A DNA stretch of 37,202 nt, from the NCBI GenBank assembly GCA_040767225.1, contig JAXGOY010000007.1:1-37202 (forward strand), written 5' to 3'. The translations under genes were made by a program, and so were the position numbers. The DNA is from Candidatus Dojkabacteria bacterium (GTDB lineage: Bacteria; Patescibacteriota; Dojkabacteria; SC72). Below, one piece after another: positions 10,072 through 19,141 of this stretch. Within the stretch, counting starts at the first letter, position 1. Every line of letters begins with the position of its first letter. Below the pieces are notes generated by a model. The model did not search any database. It saw only the letters and a list, made by a program, of their open reading frames with translations, and was not told the DNA's origin.

Positions 10072-11117
10072 AGAAAAGTTAAAAAAAACCTTTAATACTG
10101 GGAATTGACACAAGCTGTGATGATACATCTGTAGCACTTCTTCAATAGTCGTGAGGTCATATATTCTCAACTGTCTTCTCAGATGGGGCTTCATTCAGAA
10201 TTTGGTGGTGTTGTTCCTGATTTAGCAAAAGATTGCATGAAGAAAATATTGAGGGTATATGTGAAAGCATTGGTAATAACCTGGTATGATTCATAATATT
10301 GATTATATTGGTAACCATAGGTATAGTCTTGCTATAGATTTAGAGGTAGGTATTAAATATGCAAAGGAGTTAGTTGGTAATAAGCCATTTGTTTCTGTTA
10401 ATCATATGGAAGGATATGTCTTCTCATCTTCCTTCTTAATTCAAAAAGGAAAGGGGTTAAATAGTATTGATGAACTTCTTAATGCTTTTCCTGTAACTTG
10501 CTTTGTATGTCAGGTAAACATAAAGTATATAAAAAGGAGATTGGTAAGTAAAGTTAGGACAGACATTAGACGATGCTGCTGGAGAGGCTTTTGATAAAGT
10601 GGGTAGCTTCTTAATTGGGATTATCCTGGGGGCCATATTTGTTTCTGAATTTGCAAAGAGGGGTAAGAAGAGGGGTTATTGAATTCTCTACTCCTATGAA
10701 AAACTCTACTGATCTTAATTTTAGTTATTCTGGTAGCATAAGACTGCGGCATTGTATAAAAACAGAGAACTTAGAGAAAAGGGTATTCTATGAAAGTGGT
10801 TATGATTTTGCAGGAGGTTTTGTTGATCCTGTATTGATTCTGTTGTTATTAAATTAAAAAAGGCTATTGAAAAGAAAAGCTGATGTGAAGAGTATACTTA
10901 TTGGAGGAGGGGTGTTTAATAATGAGGAGATTCTAAGGGCTGTAGGAAGAGTGTCTAAAGAGTATAATCTCAGTGCTTATTACTATCTGATTGGTACAGG
11001 GTAAATGAAATACTGTAGTTGCTTTAGTGGGTATTTTAATGTACTTCAGAAAAGAAAGTCTTAACTGAAAAAGAAGATATATTAGCTGTTGATAGGGATC
11101 CTAGATTATCACTGTAA
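10058..11117 (+). pseudogene. tsaD: tRNA threonylcarbamoyltransferase TsaD, multiply frameshifted
   Basis: LILGIDTSCDDTSVA, FGGVVP, VNHMEG, DDAAGEAFDKV, NFSYSG, GGGV..N; ends [11 protein letters not shown]. Confidence 0.85.
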
Positions 11118-12370
11118 AAGACATTCTTCAATTTCAAGAAGTCTATTGTATTTTGCTAATCTTTCTCCTCTGTTTATTGCACCAAATTTAGATTGCTGTG
11201 CAGCTGTTCCCACAACCATATCTGCAATAAATGAATCATTTGTTTCACCACTTCTGTGTGATACTATTGCTTGCATTCCATTATCTACACTCATTCTTAT
11301 TGCATCTAATGTTTCTGATACTGTTCCAATCTGATTAAGTTTAATTAATACAGCATTTATAGCTTTCTCTTCAATACCTTTTTGTATTAGTTTTGTGTTT
11401 GTAACGAGTAAATCATCCTCTTACAATTTGATATTTACTTCCAAAAGACTTAGTAAATGCTCTACTTCCAAGCTCTAATCCTAGAGTCCTCCTATTGAAA
11501 ACACAGGATATTGTGGGAATACCACTGGCTTTGTAATGTTATCCATTCTTGTGCAGTAATAGATTTATTTTCTCTTTTAAGGTCATATTTCTGTGTATCT
11601 TTGTTAAACAGTTCTGAGGCAGCGATGTCTAATGCTACATCAAATTTATCTATATATCCACTCTTCTCAATACCCTCCACAAGAATATCCAGAGCTTCTT
11701 TGTTCGACTTGATTTCCTTAGGTGCAAAAGCTCCTTCATATCCTACACCAGTTGAGTAATACTTCTTATCTAATATATCTTGTATACCATAAAAATTTTA
11801 CTTGATGTCTAAATGTTCAGAGAAGTTTTCAAATGAGTTTAATTTAGGAATTATCATGTACTCTTGAATATCTGTTGCCCAGTTGCCATGTTTCCCTCTT
11901 CCATTATATATCTGAGGTCTAGGCATATGAAATTTATCTTTTGAATACTCTTTATCCCAATATATCATTCCAATATATTCAAAAAGCTCGAGACCTATTC
12001 TTAGTGCTGCTGCTTTGCAGAAAGCTATTGAGCATGAGAGGATTGCATTAGCTCCAAGCTTTGATTTATTCTCTGTTCCATCAAGTGATATTAAAAAATC
12101 ATCAAACTGTTTCTGGCTTTCAAACTCTTTATCAATTATTGCATCCCTTATTATTGTATTTACATTATTAACAGCAGTTAGTACTCCTTTCCCATTAAAT
12201 CTTTTTGGGTCATTATCTCTTAACTCAATTGCTTCCCTGCTTCCTGTTGAAGCACCTGATGGCACTTCTCCTCTTGCTTTATCTCCACTTAGCAGTTCTA
12301 TTTCAACAGATACTGTAGGTATTCCTCTTGAATCTAGTATTTCAATTGCATTTATATCTTTGATTTTCAT
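11109..12370 (-). pseudogene. eno: Enolase, multiply frameshifted
   Basis: [73 protein letters not shown]. Confidence 0.92.
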
Positions 12371-12440
12371 ATTTTGCCTTTACTAAATTATCTATTTGAT
12401 TTTGTCATAAAGTGGAGAATTGAGCAAGTAATGTGGTATG

Positions 12441-12449
12441 TGATAGAAT
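12441..12449 (+). promoter_or_regulatory. Extended -10 box TGATAGAAT of tRNA-Leu
   Basis: The identical 9-mer also precedes tRNA-Val (12946-12954). TTGAGC at 12420-12425 is a possible -35. Confidence 0.55.
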
Positions 12450-12457
12450 ATGTGTAC

Positions 12458-12544
12458 GCCGAGGTGGTGAAATTGGCAGACACGCTACCTTGAGGTGGTA
12501 GTGGGACTTATACTCCTGTGCAGGTTCAAATCCTGTCCTCGGCA
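12458..12544 (+). tRNA. tRNA-Leu(GAG)
   Basis: Acceptor GCCGAGG/CCTCGGC; anticodon arm CTACC-TTGAGGT-GGTAG; long variable arm; GGTTCAAATCC; CCA not encoded. Confidence 0.95.
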
Positions 12545-12569
12545 TTTTTACTTTGTATACATTACTGCC

Positions 12570-12923
12570 ATGTCAATGGGAAGAGAGAGAAAGTACATGC
12601 CTTTTCTTTTCTTCTTTATCTTTGTTATCTTTATTCTTGGTTTTTCTAAGATGATGGAGAGTATTAAACCTGCTACTAGGGCTCTTGCTCTAAAGAATTC
12701 TATGTGTGGTGATATGTTTATATCTCAAGCAATAATTATAGCTCAGGGGAGTGAATGTATGGAGGTTGGCAGTTTAAATGTTTCTGAATATGAATGTAAT
12801 GAAGAGATTAAAAGAATATCTTTTCCAATGAATATGAAAGAAGAGGGTAGTGAGAAGAGTGCTGTATGTCATGTATTTACTGACTCTGGGAATGCTTATC
12901 TCCAACTTAAAAATAGTAAGTAA
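12570..12923 (+). CDS. Membrane-anchored hypothetical protein with small Cys-containing extracellular domain
   Basis: Hydrophobic N-terminal helix (FLFFFIFVIFILGF). Start moved to ATG 12570 because the ORF-track start overlaps tRNA-Leu. Confidence 0.7.
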   Translation: MSMGRERKYMPFLFFFIFVIFILGFSKMMESIKPATRALALKNSMCGDMFISQAIIIAQGSECMEVGSLNVSEYECNEEIKRISFPMNMKEEGSEKSAVCHVFTDSGNAYLQLKNSK

Positions 12924-12967
12924 AGTGGATAAAGGGGGGATTTTTTGATAGAATACAATTTGTTTAT

Positions 12968-13041
12968 GGGCGATTAGCTCAGCTGGTCAGAGCACTTCGT
13001 TTACACCGAAGGGGTCATAGGTTCGAATCCTATATCGCCCA
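12968..13041 (+). tRNA. tRNA-Val(TAC)
   Basis: Acceptor GGGCGAT/ATCGCCC; anticodon arm CTTCG-TTTACAC-CGAAG; GGTTCGAATCC. Confidence 0.95.
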
Positions 13042-13097
13042 TTTTTGTTATCTATTTTTTAGGTTATAATGGAAAAATAATTTAATAACATATTTAA

Positions 13098-13340
13098 ATG
13101 ATAGACCTTATGAAGTATGTTATAGCAGGGGTTGTTAGTATTGTACTTGGGATAATTGCAGGGATATTTGGTAATGTTTTAACTGGGGTTTTAATATTTG
13201 TATTAGTTTTGGGTGGATATATTATGCTTAATATTGTTAATGACCTTAAGCCAAGTGAACCTAAGCAGGTAAACATTACTAATGTAGATCAAAAGAATAA
13301 CAGCAATAAAGCTACAAGGACAATTAGCTCAGCTGGTTAG
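13098..13340 (+). CDS. Small two-TM hypothetical membrane protein
   Basis: Two hydrophobic helices; as given, the 3' end overlaps tRNA-Val(CAC). Confidence 0.65.
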   Translation: MIDLMKYVIAGVVSIVLGIIAGIFGNVLTGVLIFVLVLGGYIMLNIVNDLKPSEPKQVNITNVDQKNNSNKATRTISSAG

Positions 13341-13391
13341 AGCACTACATTCACATTGTAGGGGTCAGTAGTTCGAATCTACTATTGTCCA
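13318..13391 (+). tRNA. tRNA-Val(CAC)
   Basis: Acceptor GGACAAT/ATTGTCC; anticodon arm CTACA-TTCACAT-TGTAG; GTTCGAATC. Confidence 0.95.
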
Positions 13392-13444
13392 TATTTCTTG
13401 TAAGTGATACACTAAGATATATTTAAATTGTATCTTTATACATA

Positions 13445-13885
13445 GTGGATACAAACAATACTAGTATGTCTTCAGGAAGTAATAATAATGAGAGTACAAG
13501 CCTGAAGAAGATATATATTATGTTTGGAATATTTGCACTTCTTTTAATTACATGGGTTGTATATACACAGGTAACTAAAAGTGAGAATAACACGAAGGGG
13601 GAAGTTCCTGCTTATTGTGAATTTGATAATCAGAAGTATGATATAGGAGATGTGTTTAATATTGATTGTAATACATGTGTTTGTACAGAAAATGGGATAT
13701 CGTGTACATTTAAAATATGTGATGCTAAATGTGTTGATAGTAATGCACAATGTAAGGGCAAGGAAGATGGAACACATTGTATATTAGGGGTTTGGTGTGA
13801 TGAGAATGGTAAAACATGTGGAGGAGAGTCTTGTGTAGATTTAGGAGTAGGAATTTGTATAAAAGAGAAGTGTGTGGGAGAGTAA
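13445..13885 (+). CDS. Membrane-anchored Cys-rich protein with pacifastin/VWC-like domain
   Basis: One TM helix, then C-x16-CNTCVC-x3-G-x2-CTFKIC and a second 8-Cys module. Confidence 0.75.
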   Translation: MDTNNTSMSSGSNNNESTSLKKIYIMFGIFALLLITWVVYTQVTKSENNTKGEVPAYCEFDNQKYDIGDVFNIDCNTCVCTENGISCTFKICDAKCVDSNAQCKGKEDGTHCILGVWCDENGKTCGGESCVDLGVGICIKEKCVGE

Positions 13886-14365
13886 TTATTTGTTTAGTTC
13901 ACTTGTACAAAATGGGCATCTCTTTGCTTTAATATTTATTTCTGACATACAGTAAGGGCATTTCTTTGTTTTCTTTACTATCTTAGCTTCTTTTTCCTTT
14001 TGTGTTGCTTTACTTACTGCTTTGCTTACAAGGTATAGTACTAAAGCTGTGATTAAGAATGCAATTAATGTGTTTAATACTAATCCGTACTGTATAACAA
14101 CTGCATTAGCCGCTTTTGCCTCTTCTAATGTCTTATACTGTGTTTTGCCCAAGGTTATAAATAGCTTAGAGAAATCTAATTTTGCAGTAAGAAACCCTAT
14201 TGGTGGTGTAAACACATTATTTACTAGTGAATTTATTAAATCCTTAAATGCTGCTCCTATTACAACACCAATTGCCATTGATATTACATTGTCTTTTAGT
14301 GCAAAAGACTTAAAATCTTCCCATCCTTTTTTAAATTTGTTCTTCTTTTGTTTTTTCTTTTCCAT
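13886..14365 (-). CDS. mscL: Large-conductance mechanosensitive channel with C-terminal zinc ribbon
   Basis: FKSFALKDNVISMAIGVVIGAAF, SLVNNVFTPPIG, YGLVLNTLIAFLI; tail CPYC..CPFC. Confidence 0.92.
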   Translation of the reverse strand: MEKKKQKKNKFKKGWEDFKSFALKDNVISMAIGVVIGAAFKDLINSLVNNVFTPPIGFLTAKLDFSKLFITLGKTQYKTLEEAKAANAVVIQYGLVLNTLIAFLITALVLYLVSKAVSKATQKEKEAKIVKKTKKCPYCMSEINIKAKRCPFCTSELNK

Positions 14366-15578
14366 TTGTTTTAAGAGTTTTAAAAATTAGAAGTATCAAA
14401 ACAAAGAAGAATAATACACCATATACAATTATCTGATTGAAGAATGCATCGTATAAACTATTATTATTTATTTTATACAGAACACCTTGAAGTAAAGATG
14501 TGAACAGTAGTAGATATATGTGTATGTATGAATCATTTACAAGTTCTGAGGTTATTACCATGTATGATATAGCATACCCTATCATAGCAATTGAGTAAGG
14601 AACAACATATCTAGTGATTTCTTTATACAGCCCACCAAATACAATATTTACAATCTGCTCTGTAAAGAGCCAATATATTATACATATTACAATCCCAATT
14701 ACTGCAGATATTCCCAATGATATCAAGAGATTCTTCTTTCTTGACTGTCCTTGTGTATTTGCAAGTCTTGATATCATTAAGTTGGCTATTGTAACTGCTC
14801 CAAAGTATACAATCTTTCCTATTAGAGAAAGTGCTCCATATGATGCTCTTACTGCTGGGTTTACAAGTATAAGGTCAAGAGTGAAGGGGATGTTAAGCAT
14901 AAAGAAGGTGATAAAAATGAGAAATATTTGTTTATAATTAAGCTTAAGCTCCTGCTCAGGTTTCTTTTTGCTTTTTGTGTTTGTAAATGGAAGAATAATT
15001 AATGTTGATATTAGGAAGGGAACTGCAAATGCTAATGTTATTGTTGTAATCTGTGAGCTTGTTTGAAGTGCAAAATACCCTATTGCAAATTTAAAGAGTG
15101 TTTCTGCAATCATTACTGTATTAAATTGTGTAATTTTCTCAAGACCAAGTAAGAATCCCTTTGCAATTGGGTTTATAATTGCAGTAAATACTACTAGTGT
15201 TAGTGCAGGGATATATTGTACTGGGATGTTTGCAATATTGGATATCTGTTTTCCAAATACAAAGAATATTATAGAGATAACTGCAGCTATTAAGGTTAGT
15301 TGTATTGTACTTTTCTTTTTAAATTCTGTAAGGTCAAAATCTTTCTTCTCTGCTACTTTCTTTGTTATTGTTGTTTGTATTGCTATTGCTGGTATTTGAA
15401 TGAGAGTAACTATTCCTAGTATTGCATTGTAGTAGTTAAAGTAAGTAACATCTAACTTTCTTGCAAGGTATATGCTAAATAGATAGTTAAGAAAGTGGGT
15501 TAGTGCACCTGCAATGAGGGTAATTAGTATATGTTTTAGGAATCTTTTATTTTCTGAGGTGTGATTAGTTGAGTTCAT
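14331..15578 (-). CDS. Oligosaccharide flippase / polysaccharide biosynthesis protein (MOP superfamily)
   Basis: About 12 hydrophobic segments; N-terminal NYLFSIYLARKL and GFLLGLEK patterns typical of Wzx-like proteins. Confidence 0.7.
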   Translation of the reverse strand: MNSTNHTSENKRFLKHILITLIAGALTHFLNYLFSIYLARKLDVTYFNYYNAILGIVTLIQIPAIAIQTTITKKVAEKKDFDLTEFKKKSTIQLTLIAAVISIIFFVFGKQISNIANIPVQYIPALTLVVFTAIINPIAKGFLLGLEKITQFNTVMIAETLFKFAIGYFALQTSSQITTITLAFAVPFLISTLIILPFTNTKSKKKPEQELKLNYKQIFLIFITFFMLNIPFTLDLILVNPAVRASYGALSLIGKIVYFGAVTIANLMISRLANTQGQSRKKNLLISLGISAVIGIVICIIYWLFTEQIVNIVFGGLYKEITRYVVPYSIAMIGYAISYMVITSELVNDSYIHIYLLLFTSLLQGVLYKINNNSLYDAFFNQIIVYGVLFFFVLILLIFKTLKTNGKEKTKEEQI

Positions 15579-15624
15579 AATGTATAATTGATTAGGATAC
15601 TATAATTTTAAAATTTTTACCATT

Positions 15625-16767
15625 ATGGAATTAGTTATTGCTCTAATTGGAGGAATTCTTTTGGGTATAGGGATATTTTACTTTTTCTTTAAAGATACTC
15701 ATAAGCAGAAAGAAGAGATATCTGAAACTATATCTCAGAAACTTACAGAAATTCTCCCTACTGTACTTGATCAAGCTAATGAAAGTTTAATTAGAATGGC
15801 TGATCAAAAACTGGGTGCAGAGTCTAGTAAAAGTAGAATTGATTTAGAGAATAAAAGGGCAGAGATTGAAAGATTGGTTAAGCAGATTCAAGAAGATTTA
15901 AAAGAGAGTAAGAAAGAGTTAGAACTCTCAGAGAAGGATAGAATAAGTTCGTTTTCTGCACTTAAAAATTCTTTAGATGAGTATAAAAAGATTACAGAGC
16001 AGTTATCTGTTAGTACTGAAAATCTTAAAAAGGTTTTGTCTAATAATCAGATGAGAGGCCAGTTTGGTGAGCAGGTTGCAGATGATTTGCTTAAAATGGC
16101 TGGTTTTGTGGTAGGTCAGACATATACAAGACAGGAGAGTGAGAATGGGGCAAGACCTGACTTTACAGTATATCTGCCTGATAAGACAAAGATAAATGTT
16201 GATGCTAAATTTCCATATGCATCACTGCAAAGAATGACTGAAACAGATGATGTAGATGCTAAGAAAAGATATATGAAGCAGTTTGAGAGTGATATTAAAG
16301 AAAAGATTAAGCAGGTTACAACAAGGGAGTATATTTCTGTTGAAGATGGTACTGTTGATTTTGTTATTCTTTTTATTCCTAATGAAATGATTTTCTCCTT
16401 TATATATGACAAGATGCCTCAGATATGGGAAGATGCTATGAGCAGGAAGGTAATTTTAGCAGGTCCTTTTAGTTTTACTGCTATTCTTAGAATGGTAAAA
16501 CAGGCATATGAGAATTTTAGAGTTCAAGAGAATATTTTTAAGATAGTAGGATATATTCAAGCTGTTGAGAAAGAATTTGATAAGTTTAATGAAGAGTTTG
16601 ATAAGGTAGGAGATAGAATAGAGCAACTGCAGAAACAGTATAGTGAGGTTAGTACTACGAGGGTTAATCAGATGAAAAGAAAGATGGATCTTGTTAAATT
16701 AGAGGGGGGAACTGCTGTAAATGAGCAGATGTCTATGCTTGAAGAGGGTAAGAAAGAAGAGATGTAA
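15625..16767 (+). CDS. rmuC: DNA recombination protein RmuC
   Basis: N-terminal TM, coiled coil, RGQFGE, RPDFTVYLPD..VDAKFP, DFVILFIPNE. Confidence 0.92.
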   Translation: MELVIALIGGILLGIGIFYFFFKDTHKQKEEISETISQKLTEILPTVLDQANESLIRMADQKLGAESSKSRIDLENKRAEIERLVKQIQEDLKESKKELELSEKDRISSFSALKNSLDEYKKITEQLSVSTENLKKVLSNNQMRGQFGEQVADDLLKMAGFVVGQTYTRQESENGARPDFTVYLPDKTKINVDAKFPYASLQRMTETDDVDAKKRYMKQFESDIKEKIKQVTTREYISVEDGTVDFVILFIPNEMIFSFIYDKMPQIWEDAMSRKVILAGPFSFTAILRMVKQAYENFRVQENIFKIVGYIQAVEKEFDKFNEEFDKVGDRIEQLQKQYSEVSTTRVNQMKRKMDLVKLEGGTAVNEQMSMLEEGKKEEM

Positions 16768-16796
16768 AAACATTATTAAATATGTTACTCTTTAAT

Positions 16797-17378
16797 ATGG
16801 AAGATTTAGGAGTAAAAGTTATAGAAGGAAGAATACCAGTTTTGCTTTCTGCACCACATGTCTACTCTCACAGAAGGCCATCTTTAACACTATCATACAA
16901 ATGGGGAGAAGAGTTTACTGATACAATTGTAGAAGAGTTGTGTTTAAAGAGTGGTGCATGGGGAGTTATTCAAGCAAAGGAAACAGAGTATGATCCTAAT
17001 TGGCATAAAATTAAGGAAAATCCATATAAAAAAGAAATTAAAAAGGTTATTGGTGATAAAAAGTTTAATAAATTTATTGATATACATGGTTTAAATGATG
17101 AGAATAAATATGATTTTGGTATTTACTATCCTTCTAGATTTCGCAGATCAATAGTTTTAGCAGAAAAGATGAGAAAGGCACTTGATAAAGGAGAACTTGC
17201 TGGTGTTAATGTCTGTATATTCAGATGCCCAGATGACTTACAAGAAACATTGGCCGAGTATGTTGCAGATGAGTTAAGGATTCCTTCTGTGCAACTTGAG
17301 GTTGCCAGGTATATTAGAGAGAGTGATGAGCTAAGAAGTGAGTTTATTAAAAACTTAATACCTTTTCTTAAAGTTTAA
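16797..17378 (+). CDS. N-formylglutamate amidohydrolase-like Zn-dependent hydrolase
   Basis: VLLSAPH, FIDIHG, VQLEV motifs. Start ATG 16797 preferred because it follows a TGTTACTCT -10 box. Confidence 0.6.
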   Translation: MEDLGVKVIEGRIPVLLSAPHVYSHRRPSLTLSYKWGEEFTDTIVEELCLKSGAWGVIQAKETEYDPNWHKIKENPYKKEIKKVIGDKKFNKFIDIHGLNDENKYDFGIYYPSRFRRSIVLAEKMRKALDKGELAGVNVCIFRCPDDLQETLAEYVADELRIPSVQLEVARYIRESDELRSEFIKNLIPFLKV

Positions 17379-17465
17379 AATTCATTAATATATTCAATAT
17401 TTTTTGACTAAGATAGTTCACTTTGATATGCTTATTATATATAACTTAATATATAGTAAATTACT

Positions 17466-18482
17466 ATGGCATCAACTGTAAAAGAGGTAAAAAGTAGTGA
17501 AGTTAGTGGTAAGAGTAAAGCAATTGAAACTGCTGTTGCTCAAATTGAGAAACAGTTTGGTAAAGGTTCTATTATGAAGCTTGGAGGTAAGGAGAAAATA
17601 GATGTTGAAGTTATACCAACAGGTGCACTATCCCTTGATTTAGCACTTGGGATAGGTGGTGTTCCTAAGGGTAGAATTATTGAAATATATGGACCTGAAT
17701 CATCTGGAAAGACTACTCTTGCAATTCATATTCTTACTGAAGCTCAAAGAAAAGGAGAAGCTGTTGCTTTTATTGATGCAGAGCATGCTTTTGATCCTAC
17801 ATATGCTAAAAATATTGGTTTAAATATTGATGAGTTGTATATTTCTCAGCCTGATTTTGGAGAGCAGGCATTAGAGATACTCGAAACATTAGTTAGGTCC
17901 GCGGCTTTTGGTGTAATTGTTGTTGACTCTGTTGCTGCACTTACTCCTCGTGCTGAAATTGAGGGTGAAATGGGAGATAGTCATATGGGTCTGCAAGCCA
18001 GACTTATGTCCCAAGCTTTAAGAAAGATAACTGCAATTGCAGGAAAGACAGGTACTACCATTATCTTTTTAAATCAGTTAAGAATGAAGATTGGTGTAAT
18101 GTTTGGCAATCCTGAAACTACTACTGGTGGTAATGCGCTAAAGTTCTATGCTTCAATTAGAATGGATATTAGACAGAGAGATAAAATTATGAGAGATGGG
18201 AATATTATTGGGCATACAAGGGTAGTTAAGGTTGTTAAAAATAAACTTGCTCCTCCTTTTAAAGAGGCCTCCTTTGATATGATATATCCTTTTGGTATAG
18301 ATAAAGAGAGTAGCATATTGGATGCTGCAATAAGCACGGGCATTGTTGAAAAATCTGGTGCATGGTTTAAATTTGCAGATAAACAGTTAGCACAAGGCAG
18401 GGATTCTACAATTGCACTGCTTAAAGAAGATAAGAAACTTCGAGATGAGATTGAGAAGGCTGTTCGTGCTACAATGAAGTAA
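17466..18482 (+). CDS. recA: Recombinase RecA
   Basis: [46 protein letters not shown]. Confidence 0.99.
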   Translation: MASTVKEVKSSEVSGKSKAIETAVAQIEKQFGKGSIMKLGGKEKIDVEVIPTGALSLDLALGIGGVPKGRIIEIYGPESSGKTTLAIHILTEAQRKGEAVAFIDAEHAFDPTYAKNIGLNIDELYISQPDFGEQALEILETLVRSAAFGVIVVDSVAALTPRAEIEGEMGDSHMGLQARLMSQALRKITAIAGKTGTTIIFLNQLRMKIGVMFGNPETTTGGNALKFYASIRMDIRQRDKIMRDGNIIGHTRVVKVVKNKLAPPFKEASFDMIYPFGIDKESSILDAAISTGIVEKSGAWFKFADKQLAQGRDSTIALLKEDKKLRDEIEKAVRATMK

Positions 18483-19141
18483 TGGTAATTACAAAGATTG
18501 AATATCAGAAAAAAGATCCAGAGAGAGTTAATATATATGTTGATGGAGAGTTTTTTTGTGGCATATCCCTTAATGTTCTTGCCAAAGAGAATCTGTATGA
18601 GGGTTTAACTGTTGATGAGCAAACTTTAGATAGAATATTAAAAGAGGATTTAGAGAGCAGGTTTATGAATAGGGCTGTAGAGTATCTTTCTCATACAATT
18701 AAAACAGAGTTTCAGGTAAGACAGTATTTAAAGAATTTAAAGTTTAAGAAAAAAGATGTTTGGTTTAATGAGAATATACAGTTAGATTGGGATTTACTCT
18801 TTGAGCAAATTATTGATAGTCTTAAAAAGTACAAATATATAGATGATGAGGAGTTTGCACATGCTTTTGTTCAGAGTAGATTGAATGTTAAACCAAGAGG
18901 AAAGTCAGTTTTAATATCAGAGCTTTTATCAAAAGGAGTAAGCAAAGAGATTGCACAAAGAGTATGTGATGAGGAGATTACAGATGAGTTAGATGTATTA
19001 AGAAATGCTTTTAGAAAAAGATTTAAGGATGAGAAGTTTAATATTCAAAATCAGAAAATGGTTGGCTATTTACTAAGAAAAGGGTTTAGCTGGGATTTAA
19101 TTGAGCAGTTTGAAAGAAATGAGTCTGAAAAGTACGAGTAA
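18482..19141 (+). CDS. recX: RecA regulator RecX
   Basis: Coupled to recA (TAATG overlap); RVNIYVDGEF, YIDDEEFA, ELLSKGV, YLLRKGFSWD. Confidence 0.9.
   Translation: MVITKIEYQKKDPERVNIYVDGEFFCGISLNVLAKENLYEGLTVDEQTLDRILKEDLESRFMNRAVEYLSHTIKTEFQVRQYLKNLKFKKKDVWFNENIQLDWDLLFEQIIDSLKKYKYIDDEEFAHAFVQSRLNVKPRGKSVLISELLSKGVSKEIAQRVCDEEITDELDVLRNAFRKRFKDEKFNIQNQKMVGYLLRKGFSWDLIEQFERNESEKYE

Noticed and set aside
3540-11950. Alternative genetic code (TGA=Gly, code 25) or programmed recoding as the cause of fragmented ORFs
   Set aside because: The breaks are frame changes rather than in-frame TGA; long genes elsewhere are intact under code 11, and ileS and the capA-like gene end at TGA.
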